NCBI GenBank assembly: GCA_964106645.2 | Contig: OZ067044.1 | From: Podarcis pityusensis | Taxonomy: Eukaryota | Length of the DNA stretch: 64,000 bases | Direction: 5' to 3' (one strand) | Shown: positions 12,671 to 25,017 of the stretch, piece after piece | How positions within the stretch are numbered: the stretch's first letter is position 1 | Layout: the number at the start of each line of letters is the position of its first letter | The notes under the pieces: generated by a model | The model's input: the letters and a program-made list of their open reading frames with translations, nothing else | Told to the model about the DNA's origin: nothing | The model's database searches: none | Translations under genes and position numbers: made by a program

Positions 12671-12948
12671 CTGAAAAAAGTGAAAAAAAAATAAAAGGCA
12701 AGGTTGGTATATACGTTGTACATGTCTTCAGAAATGGTCTGTCAAATTTAAAATTGTTTAGACTTGCCTCAGCCAATTAGTTTCTAGGATTGTGTCGTAT
12801 TTATAGTATTAATCATCACCACCACCATCAATAATGGTGTTGTTATTAAATAATAAATGATATTAATTAAATTTTAATTTTAATGATGCAACTTTGGGGC
12901 TTTATGGAGTGGCAGGGCCTTTATATATAGAAAAGCAAAAGAGTAAGT

Positions 12949-12974
12949 GAGAGAGAGAGAGAGAGAGAGAGAGA
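12949..12974. repeat. (GA)n microsatellite
   Basis: Directly visible. Confidence 0.9.
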
Positions 12975-13605
12975 CAAACTGACAAAGAAGCATTTTTGTT
13001 ACGTTCTGATCCAGGAATTCTAAACGTAAATGGGACACCTGTTCACTGTGATCTAAGAAATTTGCTAAAGTTCTGTTTTGCCACTGTAGGGTCAAATGTT
13101 TTACAACAGCTTGGTAAGGAAATAGGTAAAATTGTTGTAGGGGTCAGTTCTGCCAGCTAGTATGTCAACTGGCTATCTATGAACTACAGCACAAGGAGCA
13201 ACAAGTTGACAAATGTTAATGTAACTTCACATAAAGGAAATTTCTCTAGAAACTCTGATGGATTAAGAAAACAAAGAGCTCAACATTACTAATAAGAACT
13301 ACTATGGGTACAAGCTACAGAACTCCTCATGCCCTGTATAGCTTTTCAAATTCTTTTTTCCTAACCAGTAATTTGACGCACTGCATAATAAATCACCTTT
13401 AAAACTGCAGGGAGTTCATACATAGGCGTAATGTTGTTGAAAGAAAGAAATCAAAAGTGCTACTGGATATTCCATGAGACCCTGAATTGTGGCCTGTGTC
13501 TTCATATTGCAACACACACACGTACAGTATTGATTAGGGCATGTGCGTAGCATTGAAGCTTAGTAGCATTTCCCCCTCCTAGACCATGTAGAGTAAGCTG
13601 CTTAC

Positions 13606-13760
13606 AGAGGCGGCCTGTTTACGGGCTTGACTGATGAGCTCTTTAATTTCCGAGATGTTTCTGCTGAGGTTCTCTTCCAGCACTTTCAGAGGCTTCAGCC
13701 TACCAAACAGGAGGCCGGCCTGGATTTCAACTTCATTCACTTTTCTTTCAGCTGACGCTG
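13606..13760 (-). CDS. LAMA1: LAMA1 exon 44 (coiled coil end)
   Basis: AASAERKVNEVEIQ...ELISQARKQAAS; CAGCAG acceptor, GT donor. Confidence 0.93.
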
Positions 13761-14115
13761 CTGCCAAAAAAAGAAGAAGTTGAGGTTTTGAAACAGGGTG
13801 CTGTTGCTTGAATTTAGGAGAAAACTGAAGATTTCGTTGCGTTCAAGTGAAAAAATACACACCGGTACAAAATGCATATGTAACGGCCAGTTTAAAGCAT
13901 TTCTTATAATTATGGCCTGTTAATTTAGGATTGCAGTTCTGAAATGCATACTTGTCATGGGAAAAGTATTTAGCAAATCTCATCTGCACACTTTTAAGAG
14001 AAGTAGTATAAACTAGCTTTAATGTAAATAAAGATAAGGAATACTTAGGTTTAAAAATTAACTCCCCTCTCACATGCAGGGACATTTCTAGGGAGCAATG
14101 AAGCAGCAAACCTAC

Positions 14116-14298
14116 CAGCTTTTGATGAGTCGATTATAAGTTCATTGGTTTTCCGCAATGTCTCATTAACCTTAGACAATGTGAATGAAGTGTTCAGGAA
14201 CTTCTCACTAAAAACCCCAGTGTGCCTTAAACCATTAAGAGCAGTTGTATTAGCAGACACAGCCAGCTCTCTTACAGCGAGAATATTTTCACTGGTAT
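14116..14298 (-). CDS. LAMA1: LAMA1 exon 43 (coiled coil)
   Basis: DTSENILAVRELAVSANTTALNGL...SKVNETLRKT; AG/GT. Confidence 0.9.
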
Positions 14299-14399
14299 CT
14301 GAAACATATGATCAACATAAGTAGATTACCTACTTGCATTCGGGGCAGAAAACTCAGGCTCTGGGTCTTAGCTACCAGTTTTGAGGCCAAACTGGGTAT

Positions 14400-14456
14400 G
14401 TAGGGGGTTGGACTAGATGACCCTCATGGTCGCTTCCAACTCTATGATTCTATGAT
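14400..14456 (+). mobile_element. CR1 LINE 3' tip
   Basis: GGGGTTGGACTAGATGACC...TTCCAACTCTATGATTCTATGAT. Confidence 0.75.
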
Positions 14457-15669
14457 GCGAGAGATAAGCAAACAAGATCCCTTAACAGACTTGTTTGTCT
14501 CTTTACAATAAAGCAGCCATGGAGAGTTGAGAGATTAATACTTTCCCCATGCAGTTTCCCCAACTTAAACTGTACCCACATCCCCAACAAAGCTGCTAAT
14601 TTCCTATGGATGCAAACACACAGCAGAAGATAAGTATTTTAATTTATTAACATCAAGGAATGATTATGATTTAAGTAGTCATCAAGTCAATTACCTCCAC
14701 TGCATTAACATTTAAATGTAGGTTTCCTTTAGTCAACAGATGTTACATTTCGATGCACCTTAATGTCCTGAATGGTAAAATGGGTTGGTTTTTAATCTTA
14801 AGAGAGACGTTGGCTCACTGAACAGTATTAAGTTAATTGGGCCATCAAAAGCAGACTCAGCATCTGCTAGTAGAAAAAAATTCAGACACTGTCTACTGCA
14901 AATGGACTCGACAAGCAGTAGATGTTAAAAGTCTGTTCTTTTCCATTAAAAAATATTCTACATTCCAAGCTATTATTATCTTAAACTAGGTAAAGTCCCT
15001 TGCTTGTTTAAAAATATAACAGAAAAGCTACTATAAAGTTTAATTAGGTTGTTTGTATTATTAAGAAATATTATTTAGAACAACACAGTAGAGCTATTCT
15101 TTTTCCTTCTCTCTCTCTCTCTCTCTTTTTTTTTTTACTTATGCGAAGTTCTAAAGTTTTTAAGGCTTTTCCTAAGTCTTTTAAGGCTCTTCTTTTCATT
15201 ACTGTTTCACCAGCATGCTTTCAATGAATTCAATTAAAATCTTCATTACAGCTTAAAGGTTGCAAAGGTTTTGATTTTTTTTTTTTGTTTCGTTTTGTTT
15301 CAGAGCTCCTGTGTCTTTACAGATGAATACCAGGCAGGATGTCAATACCTTAACCGTTGCCTGGCCTAAATATGGAGCAACGAAGAGTAAAGGCTGCCTG
15401 TTGAAATTTTCTTCCTCTGCATGTGGCAAAGTCATAGGAACCCTTCCAGGAAAAAGAAAATGTCTATCCTATATGGTACATATCCAAGAAAGTGATACAC
15501 AATGAAGACCTTTTCTTCTTACATGCCACTGTCGCTTCCTCTGTTTTCAGCATTCTCAAAACGTAAAGGTATTGCTGAACTTTCCAATTAGTGATGACCA
15601 GGGGTGCTGCTCAAGTTAAATATACTTGCCTTGTGTAATGAAGAGGAAGTCAAGATGGATTTCACTTAC

Positions 15670-15786
15670 CATTTGGCAATGCAGTCAGTTGCAACAGTGA
15701 GCCATTAAACTGTTTAGCAAATCCACTAGCTGTCTCTCTAAGTTTTTCCACTTTTATGTTCATCTCATTTAATCCAGATGTAAGCC
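15670..15786 (-). CDS. LAMA1: LAMA1 exon 42 (coiled coil)
   Basis: GLTSGLNEMNIKVEKLRETASGFAKQFNGSLLQLTALPN; AG/GT. Confidence 0.88.
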
Positions 15787-16397
15787 CTATGGAGGAATAA
15801 ACACTTGTAATCCTGACATAGCTGGCTGCTTCTTCACACCACTGCTTCCAAGGTTATCAAACTCAATGCATAGGTGCAAGGCAAGACCAGTTGTCTAATA
15901 GTCTCCCTCAACATTCATCCCAATCAGACCCTGTAGTAGAGACCACAGTATGGCAATGAGAGCAGATGTACTGTAAAAGTATGTCAGGAAAAGAAAAGGC
16001 TTTATATAGCACAAGTGAGCCAAACCGCATGCTGCAAACACACACAGCAAACATCCTGTCAAAATTCTTCCCTGTTGCCAAGTATGCTGCCAGAGGGGAA
16101 ATGTGGAAGTGGTTCAGGCTCATAACATGTTTCTTAAATGTTTATACTCCATGCTAATATACAGTATGTATCAGTTTTATTCTACCATTCCTGAAAGGAG
16201 CTCAGGCACATGATTATACCCATCCCATTTGATGTTCAGAACAACCTGTGAGGTAGGATGATTGCTGGTCCAAGGTCACTTTGTAACATTCACGGCTGAG
16301 TGCAGATCTCTTCGATATCCAAATCCAACACACAGTTATGGTGATCTAATTCTGATTAATAGCTGCTTTGCTCTCAATTAAGACATAAATCATAATA

Positions 16398-16620
16398 CAG
16401 TAAGCCCAAAACTTATGCAGCATTTACGTTCTAGAGATCTCAAGCCAAAATCATGTATGGTTAAAACACATTGGGATTGATGGGTGGGATTGCCAAAGTC
16501 TTTTTTTCCTGGACACTGCCCCCCTCTCTCCCCCCCCCCACTTTTAAAAAAATATTTTTTTGTTGAGCGTGTAAAGCTGAATGTGCATTAGCTAAATGTG
16601 CATAAGTTGCAGGCTCACTG
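16398..16620. mobile_element. Tc1/mariner MITE
   Basis: Imperfect 21-bp TIRs CAGTAAGCCCAAAACTTATGC / GCATAAGTTGCAGGCTCACTG; TA TSD. Confidence 0.75.
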
Positions 16621-17428
16621 TACTAAAGTTGTACACAGGAGATCTCCCCTGACCAATCAGGACTTTTCCACACAGGTATCTGTAAGCAGAGAGTTTTGCA
16701 TTCAGCATCCTTCTCGGGAACCAATTTCCCGCAAGACTTGTTCATCTTAGGTGACAACATTTTCCCACCCAACTGTGAATAAATAATTTTCTGGTTCCTC
16801 TTAAGGCTGTGTACACATGTACAGTGCTTGAATGACAAACATGCTGTGGATCCACACTCACCCCTTTTGCAAACAGATGTGCAAACTTTCAAAATGAGGT
16901 GAGCAACCAACCATCTGCCAACTTTGCAGATGGATGATTCTGACAATTTTGAAGTCATTACCTTCTCCACCACCAGCCAGCTGATTGCTAGGCCCTTACA
17001 TCACTTATAAAGCCCTCCTCACTGGCCCACTGCCCAAAACAAAGAGCTTTGTTCAATGCAAAAAGGCCTGCATGAAAGGGACAAAAATTGATGGTAGGTT
17101 TGCAGCCAGATACATGTGTCACTGGGAGAGCAAATGAAGAAAACCCCCACACTGACTTCTAGTAGGATGGCTTCCATAGCTGGAGGTGATGTGGGATATA
17201 AATAATATATCTATAAAAGTCCGTATACATACATACACATCACCTGGGAAAGGGAGTAATGCAAAGGGTCAGCATTTTGTCAACATCTGTTAATTGCTGC
17301 TGGAAAGTTAAGAAACAATTATCTCCTTTTAAAGGGAGAGAGTGTAATTGGACTTACTCCACTTGTTTTAATAATGACCATCAGTATAGTAGTCAACATT
17401 TCATAAGCTATCCATATTTTATACTTAC

Positions 17429-17522
17429 CTTCATACTTCTTGTGCAAACTTTTTGCTTCAGTCAAAAACTTGGAGCCAAGCTGGAGAATGTTTTTCCCAG
17501 TAGAATTAAAAGTTTCTTTTGG
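17429..17522 (-). CDS. LAMA1: LAMA1 exon 41 (coiled coil)
   Basis: PKETFNSTGKNILQLGSKFLTEAKSLHKKYE; AG/GT, phase-consistent. Confidence 0.85.
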
Positions 17523-18268
17523 CTTAAAATAATCAAGTAAGGAAACATTGTTATACACGAACTCTATGAAAAGTATTATTTATATATATGAAAAGCCCTA
17601 CAATACAATTTTTTGGGGGGAAAGTATTAATTGTCAATGTATGGCCAGAATTTAAAGGAATACATTCTTATGTTTACATATTATTCTGGTATATGTTCCT
17701 CAATCCTAAAATTAGTTCTGCAAAACATTTATTTCTCAGAAAGTGATGTAACAACAACAATATCAGCAACAAAAAATATTACTATACTGGATAGTGGAAC
17801 AAAATGTGTAGAAATTGTGAACATATCCAGTATTTAAATGCAGTACTACCTTTCTAGGAATCCTAGATTTGACAGTTAGGCTGAAATCCTATGCCCTTGG
17901 AAGTAAATCCAATTGAACTTAGCAGAACTTGCTTCTGAGTATACAGCACAATCCTATGGATATTTACTTGTGAACAAGTCACACTATGTTCAGTGCTGCT
18001 TATTCCCAGTTTGCACAGGACTACACTCTAACTCAGATTATTATTTTTTTAATCTTTTAAGTAATTTCATGTGAAAAAATAATTGATCAAGAATGCCGAT
18101 TACTGTTACCAATCCAAAGTCATTCACATTCTCTTTTATGAGAATGGGTTGTGACCATGAACTAACAAATCAAGCAATTACATCCAAGCTCAAATTTGCC
18201 TTTGATTTTACATTAGGCATGTCAGAGAGATCATATTTTTTATTTGAGGACTAGCAATATGGTACATA

Positions 18269-18716
18269 GTTAAAGCTATGTTTTTCCCAGTAGTGATGTA
18301 TGGAAGTGAGAGCTGGATCATAAAGAAGGCTGATCGCCGAAGAATTGATGCTTTTGAATTATGGTGCTGGAGGAAACTCCTGAGAGTCCCATGGACTGCA
18401 AGAAGATCAAACCTATCCATTCTTAAGGAAATCAGCCCTGAGTGCTCACTGGAAGGACAGATCCTGAAGCTGAGGCTCCAATACTTTGGCCGCCACATGA
18501 GAAGAGAAGACTCCCTGGAAAAGACCCTAATGTTGGTAAAGATGGAGGGCACAAGGAGAAGGGGATGACAAAGATGGAGATGGTTGGACAGTGTTCTCGA
18601 AGCTACCAGCATGAGTTTGACCAAACTGTGGGAGGCAGTGGAAGACAGGAGTGCCTGGCGTGCTCTGGTCCATGGGGTCACGAAGAGTTGGACACGACTA
18701 AACGACTAAACAACAA
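18269..18716 (+). mobile_element. BovB/RTE LINE 3' fragment
   Basis: ORF FPVVMYGSESW-IKKADRRRIDAFELWCWRKLLRVPWTARRSN is the RTE/BovB C-terminus; (CAA)n tail; 14-bp TSD CAATATGGTACATA at 18255-18268 and 18717-18730. Confidence 0.93.
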
Positions 18717-18744
18717 CAATATGGTACATATTCTGGTTCTAGGG

Positions 18745-18868
18745 CAAGGGTGGTCAGCCTGTGGCCCTCCAGATGTTGGCTACAGCTTCCATCAGGCCCA
18801 GTCTGCATGGCCAATGATGAAAACTGTAGTCCAACAACATCTGGAGAGCCAAAGGTCCCTCAGCCCCA
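18745..18868. mobile_element. Degraded hAT-type MITE
   Basis: Inverted arms CCTCCAGATGTTG / CAACATCTGGAG. Confidence 0.6.
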
Positions 18869-18935
18869 TTCTAGAGAGTGAAACGTGGATTTTAGTAAGA
18901 ATGCAGTGTGCTTCAGTTCTCAAAGCGGCACTTAC

Positions 18936-19065
18936 CACATCTGTTATAATCCTGTAGGCATCTCCTGCTAGATTCGCTGCACTTTCAACCAAACTTTTAA
19001 TGGTGGAGAATGCAGAGACAGCATTTGTTGCATTCAAGGACACATTTCTAACATTCAAGAGACCA
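18936..19065 (-). CDS. LAMA1: LAMA1 exon 40 (coiled coil)
   Basis: GLLNVRNVSLNATNAVSAFSTIKSLVE; AG/GT. Confidence 0.92.
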
Positions 19066-19544
19066 CTGCGGTAGGAAGGAAAAATCGTAACTTTTTCATG
19101 TAACATTTAAGCTAATTAAAACATTGCACAATGCAGGGACATACCATATTTTGGAAACCGTTAAATAGCTTGACTATTGCACTTTAAACAGATAAATAAT
19201 TTTCATGAAATAAAAAACATTATAGTGTTGCTTAAACTCTGGCAGTACATTCCCCTAATACCCAAGGCAGCCACACTAACTGAGCTTCCCTTTGTACTTT
19301 AGCTTTCATTTGGTTTACTTATTTTGTTCAGATCCCTCAACCAAGAGAACAGTCATTTAAATCCCAGTTCCTGAATCCTTGCCTTCCTTGTCCATCCTAT
19401 ATAGCAACTAAAAGCTTAAAATGCTGGCTAAACTCCAAGGGCAAAACTCAGAAGGGCATCAAGATCAGCAGGCCTATTGGGGTGACTTTATTGGTAAAGG
19501 CAGTAATATAGTCAACTCCACACTTCAGCTCATGATGCACTCAC

Positions 19545-19708
19545 CTGTCTAGTGCACGAGCAACTCTCTGTAACTCAGCTGCACGTTCTTCCGCTCTGTA
19601 AACCAAATCCACAGCCCCTCGAGTGGACATCTGCATGACCAGGTCATCCACATGCTGCCTTAGTTTGCCATTCCATAGGACCAGTCCATCCTGGTGGATT
19701 TCTAGACT
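19545..19708 (-). CDS. LAMA1: LAMA1 exon 39 (coiled coil)
   Basis: SLEIHQDGLVLWNGKLRQHVDDLVMQMSTRGAVDLVYRAEE; AG/GT. Confidence 0.94.
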
Positions 19709-19788
19709 CTGAATATGCAAAAGTAGTTATTGCTGAGTCATGGATAATTCACTTTAACAAATGATGACTCAAGTGTTCAGTAACTTAC

Positions 19789-19905
19789 AGATGTAGAGTT
19801 AATTACATCTTTAGCAAGTGCAGCAGCTGCATCCACCTGTACTTTGCCTTCTCTGGTCAGCATAACAGAGAGTTCCTTCTTTTCTTGAACATTCAGCTTT
19901 GTTTG
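19789..19905 (-). CDS. LAMA1: LAMA1 exon 38 (coiled coil)
   Basis: QTKLNVQEKKELSVMLTREGKVQVDAAAAL; AG/GT. Confidence 0.9.
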
Positions 19906-20119
19906 CTGTGGCATAAATGCAACGATGGGCAAATTTAATACTTTGTAACAACATTATAGAATATATCTGACATTTTATACTTAAAAGGACCACAAAAGGT
20001 TAAAAGTTGCCTCTCTCACTAATCTTAATATCAATTCATTTTTAAAGCAAATTTCCCTTAAAAGTTACTTTACAATTTCTCTTGTAAAATCAAATGGCAT
20101 ATATTGCCAGTTTCCTTAC

Positions 20120-20330
20120 AGTGTATTCCTTGAGGTTGCTGTTAATAAGAAAAAGCAGCCGCATGGTTTCATTTGTGTTAGTTGTAGCCTCGTTCACAAG
20201 ATCCTTGGCTTCCTGAAGTCTGGTGCTGTGGTTTGATAATATGTGTTTGGCAGTTTTTTGTAAGTTCTTAAATTCCTGCTGTGGTCTCCCATACTCTTTC
20301 TGGATTCGTAGCAACAAGCGTTCTGCCGCT
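20120..20330 (-). CDS. LAMA1: LAMA1 exon 37 (coiled coil)
   Basis: AAERLLLRIQKEYGRPQQEF...NSNLKEYT; AG/GT. Confidence 0.92.
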
Positions 20331-20669
20331 CTAATAAATGTGGAAAGGACACTCAGTTACATAAGCTTTCTTAAAAGTGGAACAGATCACAAGTTGTAGA
20401 AAGGTACAGTCCTTTGATAAATAGTCGTATTGCATTTTGGTGGGCAGGGTGAAAAAAGACACCCCCCCAAAAAATGCATGTAGTTTCCTATCACTGTGAA
20501 TTATCACATACACTAGGCACGCAGAATTCTCTCACTCTCCTTCACATACTCATAGACGAATTCTCACACACCAGTGAGACAAGCAGGCACATTCCCAGCA
20601 TTCCCAGAGAACTCAACTCCAGCACTGGGCTGGATGTGGCTGCAAAGATCCCTCTGCAAGCTCCTAAGA

Positions 20670-21048
20670 AAGGTAAGGTAAAGGTAAAGGACCCCAGGAC
20701 AGTTAAAGTCCAGTGAAAGGTGACTATGGGGTTGTGCTCATCTCGCTTTCAGGCCGAGAGAGCTGACGTTTTTCCACAGACAGCTTTCCGGGTCATGTGG
20801 CTAGCATTACTAAACCACTTCTGGCACAACAGAACACCGTGATGGAAGCCAGAACGCACAGAAACACCGTTTACCTTCCCGTCACAGTGGTACCTATTTA
20901 TCTACTTGCACTGACGTGCTTTCGAATTACTAGGTTGGCAGGAGCTAGGACACAGCAACAGGAGCTCACCCCATCACAGGGATTCAAACCACCGACTATC
21001 TGATTGGCAATCCCAAGAGGCTCAGTGGTTTAGACCACAGCGCCACCT
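20670..21048 (-). mobile_element. Sauria SINE (variant subfamily)
   Basis: AAGGTAAAGGT tail and reverse-complement core TACCTATTTATCTACTTGCA. Confidence 0.88.
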
Positions 21049-21155
21049 ACTTTTTAGAGAAAGTTTCTCTAAAGAGCAGGCAGAGGGATTTTCTCTCTCC
21101 ATCTTGGCACTAAGTACCACAGCACTAAGATCAGACATAAAGTCTCTATCTACTA

Positions 21156-21510
21156 CAGTGGTACCTTGCAAGACGAATGCCTCGCAAGACAAAAAACTCA
21201 CTAGACGAAAGGGTTTTTTGTTTTTTGAGCTGCTTCGCAAGACGATTTTCCCTATGGGCTTGCTTCGCAAGACGGAAACGTCTTGCAAGTTTGTTTCCTT
21301 TTTCTTAACACCGTTAATACAGTTGCGACTTGACTTCGAGGAGCAACTCATAGAACGCGGTGTGGTAGCCTTTTTTGAGGTTTTTAAAGACTTTGGTGAT
21401 TTTTGAAGCTTTTCCAAAACTTTCCCGACACCGTGCTTCGCAAGACGAAAAAAATCGCAAGACGACAAAACTCGCGGAACGAATTAATTTCATCTTGCGA
21501 TGCACCACTG
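21156..21510. mobile_element. Tc1/mariner (Tigger-like) MITE
   Basis: TA|CAGTGGTACCTTGCAAGACGAA ... TTCATCTTGCGATGCACCACTG|TA; internal CGCAAGACG repeats. Confidence 0.88.
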
Positions 21511-22356
21511 TACTTAAATAAATTATTTTATAACTATCATGTGCGACAGCCAGAAATGTTGTAAAAATCAGGCTATTTTGTAGCAAGGAGTGGCTCATCC
21601 AGTGTGGTAGAGCTGCAGCAACAGGATCCTGGCAATGGCATTCCCATTGGTTACCATGGAGGGAGGTGGTGGCAGTGAGGTCAGGGATGCACAGATCCAC
21701 TACTGGAGCCAGTCTGGTGTGCTCATCAGTACACCAACACAGTCTGACCTCATTGCCTCTTTCTTCTTTCTTAGGCTTGCAAGCAGCAGCAATGCCAGTC
21801 CAGTGGCTATTGTTGTGGTTTTACTGAGCTCTTGGCATCTTCCTGTGTATCACTTTAAAAATATTACTGAATGCTTCCAAAACACAGTTCTTCAAATTTA
21901 TTTTTAAAATGAAATAAGGTTCACTTATTTTCCAGCACTAATTCCTTTCCCAATTTTCAAATTCAATTCCTTGCTTATAGTAGTAACAGATTAAAATAAT
22001 TTCTGATTTTCTCATCAACATTATCTAGCTCATGGATCATGGAACTGTTCTAAAAATGAATATATAAATGTAAGTTACGTTTATTGTTTGATAGATATAG
22101 ATAGAAATTGTGGCTTTGTTTAAAGCACAGCTGAAAATCAAATCATTTTATGCATTTAAAAAAAAACACATTTGTCTAGCTTGATTCAAACCTCCTAAAG
22201 TCATCACATATTAAGCTTCCATTTAAATTAATATATTGACATACTTCGGAGCCTACTGCCTGCAATTTCCTCTTTTAAAAACATTTTAGATATACTTCTC
22301 TATATGTTCATTGCATATGTTAATAGAAGCATGATCAGAAACACCAGTTGGCTTAC

Positions 22357-22519
22357 TTTAACTCAAGATTACTGTCTTGGTACATCTGCTTGAAATATCT
22401 TCCACGCATTATATCCAGCATGACGGGGATCTCATCTTCCAGTTCTTGAAATGTCCTGTTTGACTGAGGGAAATCCATACCTAATGTTTCATTAAGGGAT
22501 GCTGCCACTTCCCCAAGTA
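22357..22519 (-). CDS. LAMA1: LAMA1 exon 36 (coiled coil)
   Basis: VLGEVAASLNETLGMDFPQSNRTF...SNLELK; AG/GT. Confidence 0.9.
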
Positions 22520-22671
22520 CTAGATGGAAGAAAAAGTAAGTTACAAAAGAAGAATTGTTTTAGTACTTTGTACAAATGCACCAAATATATTTTATCTTTA
22601 TAAATGATTTTCACAAATAATATTTGTATTTCAGAAACATAACTACTATAGCCTGCCATCAAGAATTTTAC

Positions 22672-22783
22672 CTTTAACAGCTGCCTGTAATGTGTCGATA
22701 AATATAGCCAATTCTCGACTCTTGTTCAAGGTCCTTTCCGCAACATCATGGAGAAGCCCTCCTCTTTCTAATATCCTAGTTAG
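22672..22783 (-). CDS. LAMA1: LAMA1 exon 35 (coiled coil)
   Basis: LTRILERGGLLHDVAERTLNKSRELAIFIDTLQ; AG/GT. Confidence 0.9.
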
Positions 22784-23477
22784 CTAGCATAAAAGCAAAT
22801 TGTGGTTTTATTTCAGTTGCTGTTAGAATAGTGGTTTCAATGGCTGAACCAAAGAATGAAGAGCGTATCTCGAATTCATACTGACTCATACAGGAAACTA
22901 ACATTACTTTATGAAATGTATTTATTTGATTTCTTTTCAGATTAACTGGTTTCTATTAACCAGATCTCTCAGGAAGAATAAAAGGATCAGCAAAAGCCAA
23001 TCATATATCCAATACAATTATTAACATGTCATTACTATCGGTCATAGTAAATCCTGACAGAATCAAATTATCAATTATTTCAAGTATTTAGTGCTATAAT
23101 TTAGAGAGGGCATAGCTGGTAATGAAAAGATCCCAAATCTATGAGGGAAAACCTATAGTAACGGCAAAGCAGTTTAGTATTTTCTGGGTAAAAAAAATAT
23201 CTAAGGCTAGAATCCTAATCCCCTCATTCTTGTCACTGGAGGGGTTTATGATGCAGTGGATGTTTCTGTCTTCCGGCCTCCACAAACTTCTGATGGAGGC
23301 TCCACTGAAGGACCTGCCATGGCTGCATTAAGAGCAGCAGATGTGACCTGCTGTTTTGTCCTGTTTCTGGCAGTGGTAGCTAGTGTAGGGCCCTAAAATG
23401 GGATGTTACATGGTGGAGCAGTGACAGAACAGAGCCAGTCATAGACCCATTGGATCCAAGGCCATACCATTCCTCAG

Positions 23478-23567
23478 CATAGCTGTCAACTTTCCCCTTT
23501 TTTAAAGGGAAATTCCCTTATTCCGAATAGGATTCCTCACAAGAAAAGGGAAAAGTTGACAGCTATG
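23478..23567. mobile_element. 90-bp hAT MITE
   Basis: TIRs CATAGCTGTCAACTTT / AAAGTTGACAGCTATG; perfect 8-bp TSD TTCCTCAG. Confidence 0.9.
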
Positions 23568-23903
23568 TTCCTCAGAGAGGCACCCAACCTGGACTCTGCG
23601 GCTATGCCAATCTGGATGACAAAAACCACACACAAACACACACCACACCTTCTGCTTTAGTTAGTGGGCCAGTAGGACTTCAGACAGTGGTTGATCTGAT
23701 ACTGCTACACCCAGTTGATCTTAACCAGGACTTAGGACTGCTCTGCCCAGCTGCCACTTGTACCCATAGTCTAGCAGACCCAATTCACTGTAGTGACTTT
23801 GATTTATAAACCAACCTAAGTAAATCCCATGGGAAACTTCTGTAGATCATTTTGAAATAAGTCTATTGGAATATCTTTGGGAATAAACAAGCAAGACTCC
23901 TAC

Positions 23904-24002
23904 CTCTCTGTGCAGCTGGTCTGTATCACCTGAAAGGGTTACAAGATGGTCATTCATTATTTCTGTTGAGGAGGTTGGTTCTTTCTTAGTCCAAAAAGAC
24001 TC
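23904..24002 (-). CDS. LAMA1: LAMA1 exon 34 (coiled coil)
   Basis: ESFWTKKEPTSSTEIMNDHLVTLSGDTDQLHRE; AG/GT, phase 0/0; divergent. Confidence 0.85.
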
Positions 24003-24259
24003 CTAGAAGAAAAAAGAATATTATGTACTCAAATATATTCAGCTCAGTGTTCATGACTAGGAATGATAAACAAAGAACATGTATCTACTGGCCATGAATT
24101 TTAATGTAGACAACTACCTTAATAGCGCTTATGTTCTATTAATGCTTCCAGAGCACTCCAAAATGCCTATACGGTCACAAAACCTTCTTGATAAACGGAA
24201 GTAAAAATGACTATATAAGCATCTAACCCAACACAGAAGCTCAGCAACACCTTACATAC

Positions 24260-24402
24260 CTTTAAATGCTTTGTGGCATTTTCCAAATCTGCAAGTATCC
24301 CATAGGGCACCAGGACAGGGCCAGTAAGGTTTACCAAAAGCATGGCTTCATCTAGTTTGTCCAGATCATTTAACAACAATCCTGTGCAGTCGTCATCACA
24401 AG
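24260..24402 (-). CDS. LAMA1: LAMA1 exon 33 (start of coiled coil)
   Basis: CDDDCTGLLLNDLDKLDEAMLLVNLTGPVLVPYGIL; AG/GT. Confidence 0.95.
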
Positions 24403-24823
24403 CTGAAGAAACCATTTCAAAAAAATATTAAGTTTTAGTTGAATACGCAAAACTGGACAGCACCGAACAAGTAGGTTCCACTCATTCCAACAGAGCTTAT
24501 TTCTGAGCAAGTGTGCTTAGGAATGCAATCTTATGTAACCATAGTATCTACATGCAGTATCAACAAACACCACCCCATGTCTACAGGAAATCCTTGTTCT
24601 TTTCTGGACCACCATATGCATCGATGGAGTGTGCCTAAGCCCACTTCACCCCTTTCTAGCACCCCGCCCCTTTTCATGACATCTTTATGATGTTTGGGGG
24701 CTACTTCCGGGTTTGGTGCTGTGAACGCTTGCGTGATCACTCATCGTTCGGGTGTGCCAAAATTGGAAGTTGCCCATATTATTAACACATCAAAGCAAAA
24801 AAGAAAGAAAGGGGAACACTTAC

Positions 24824-25017
24824 CAACACATTCATTTTCCATGAGAATGTGCCTTGATTCACACTCATCACACAGCTGCCCTGTTACACCTTGTTTGCAG
24901 ATGCATTGCCCAGAGATATGATCACAATTATTGTGAACAGATCCATTTGGGTTGCACTGACACTGCTGACAGTGGCCACCAGGTGCTTTAGGGTTGCCAT
25001 AATAACCTGGAGAACAC
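24824..25017 (-). CDS. LAMA1: LAMA1 exon 32 (LEc)
   Basis: CSPGYYGNPKAPGGHCQQCQCNPNGSVHNNCD; AG/GT. Confidence 0.95.

Noticed and set aside
18208-18957. 157 aa and 171 aa ORFs
   Set aside because: Alternative frames and the antisense strand of the BovB fragment
21022-21700. 100-148 aa ORFs
   Set aside because: They run across a SINE and a non-coding MITE; no transposase motifs
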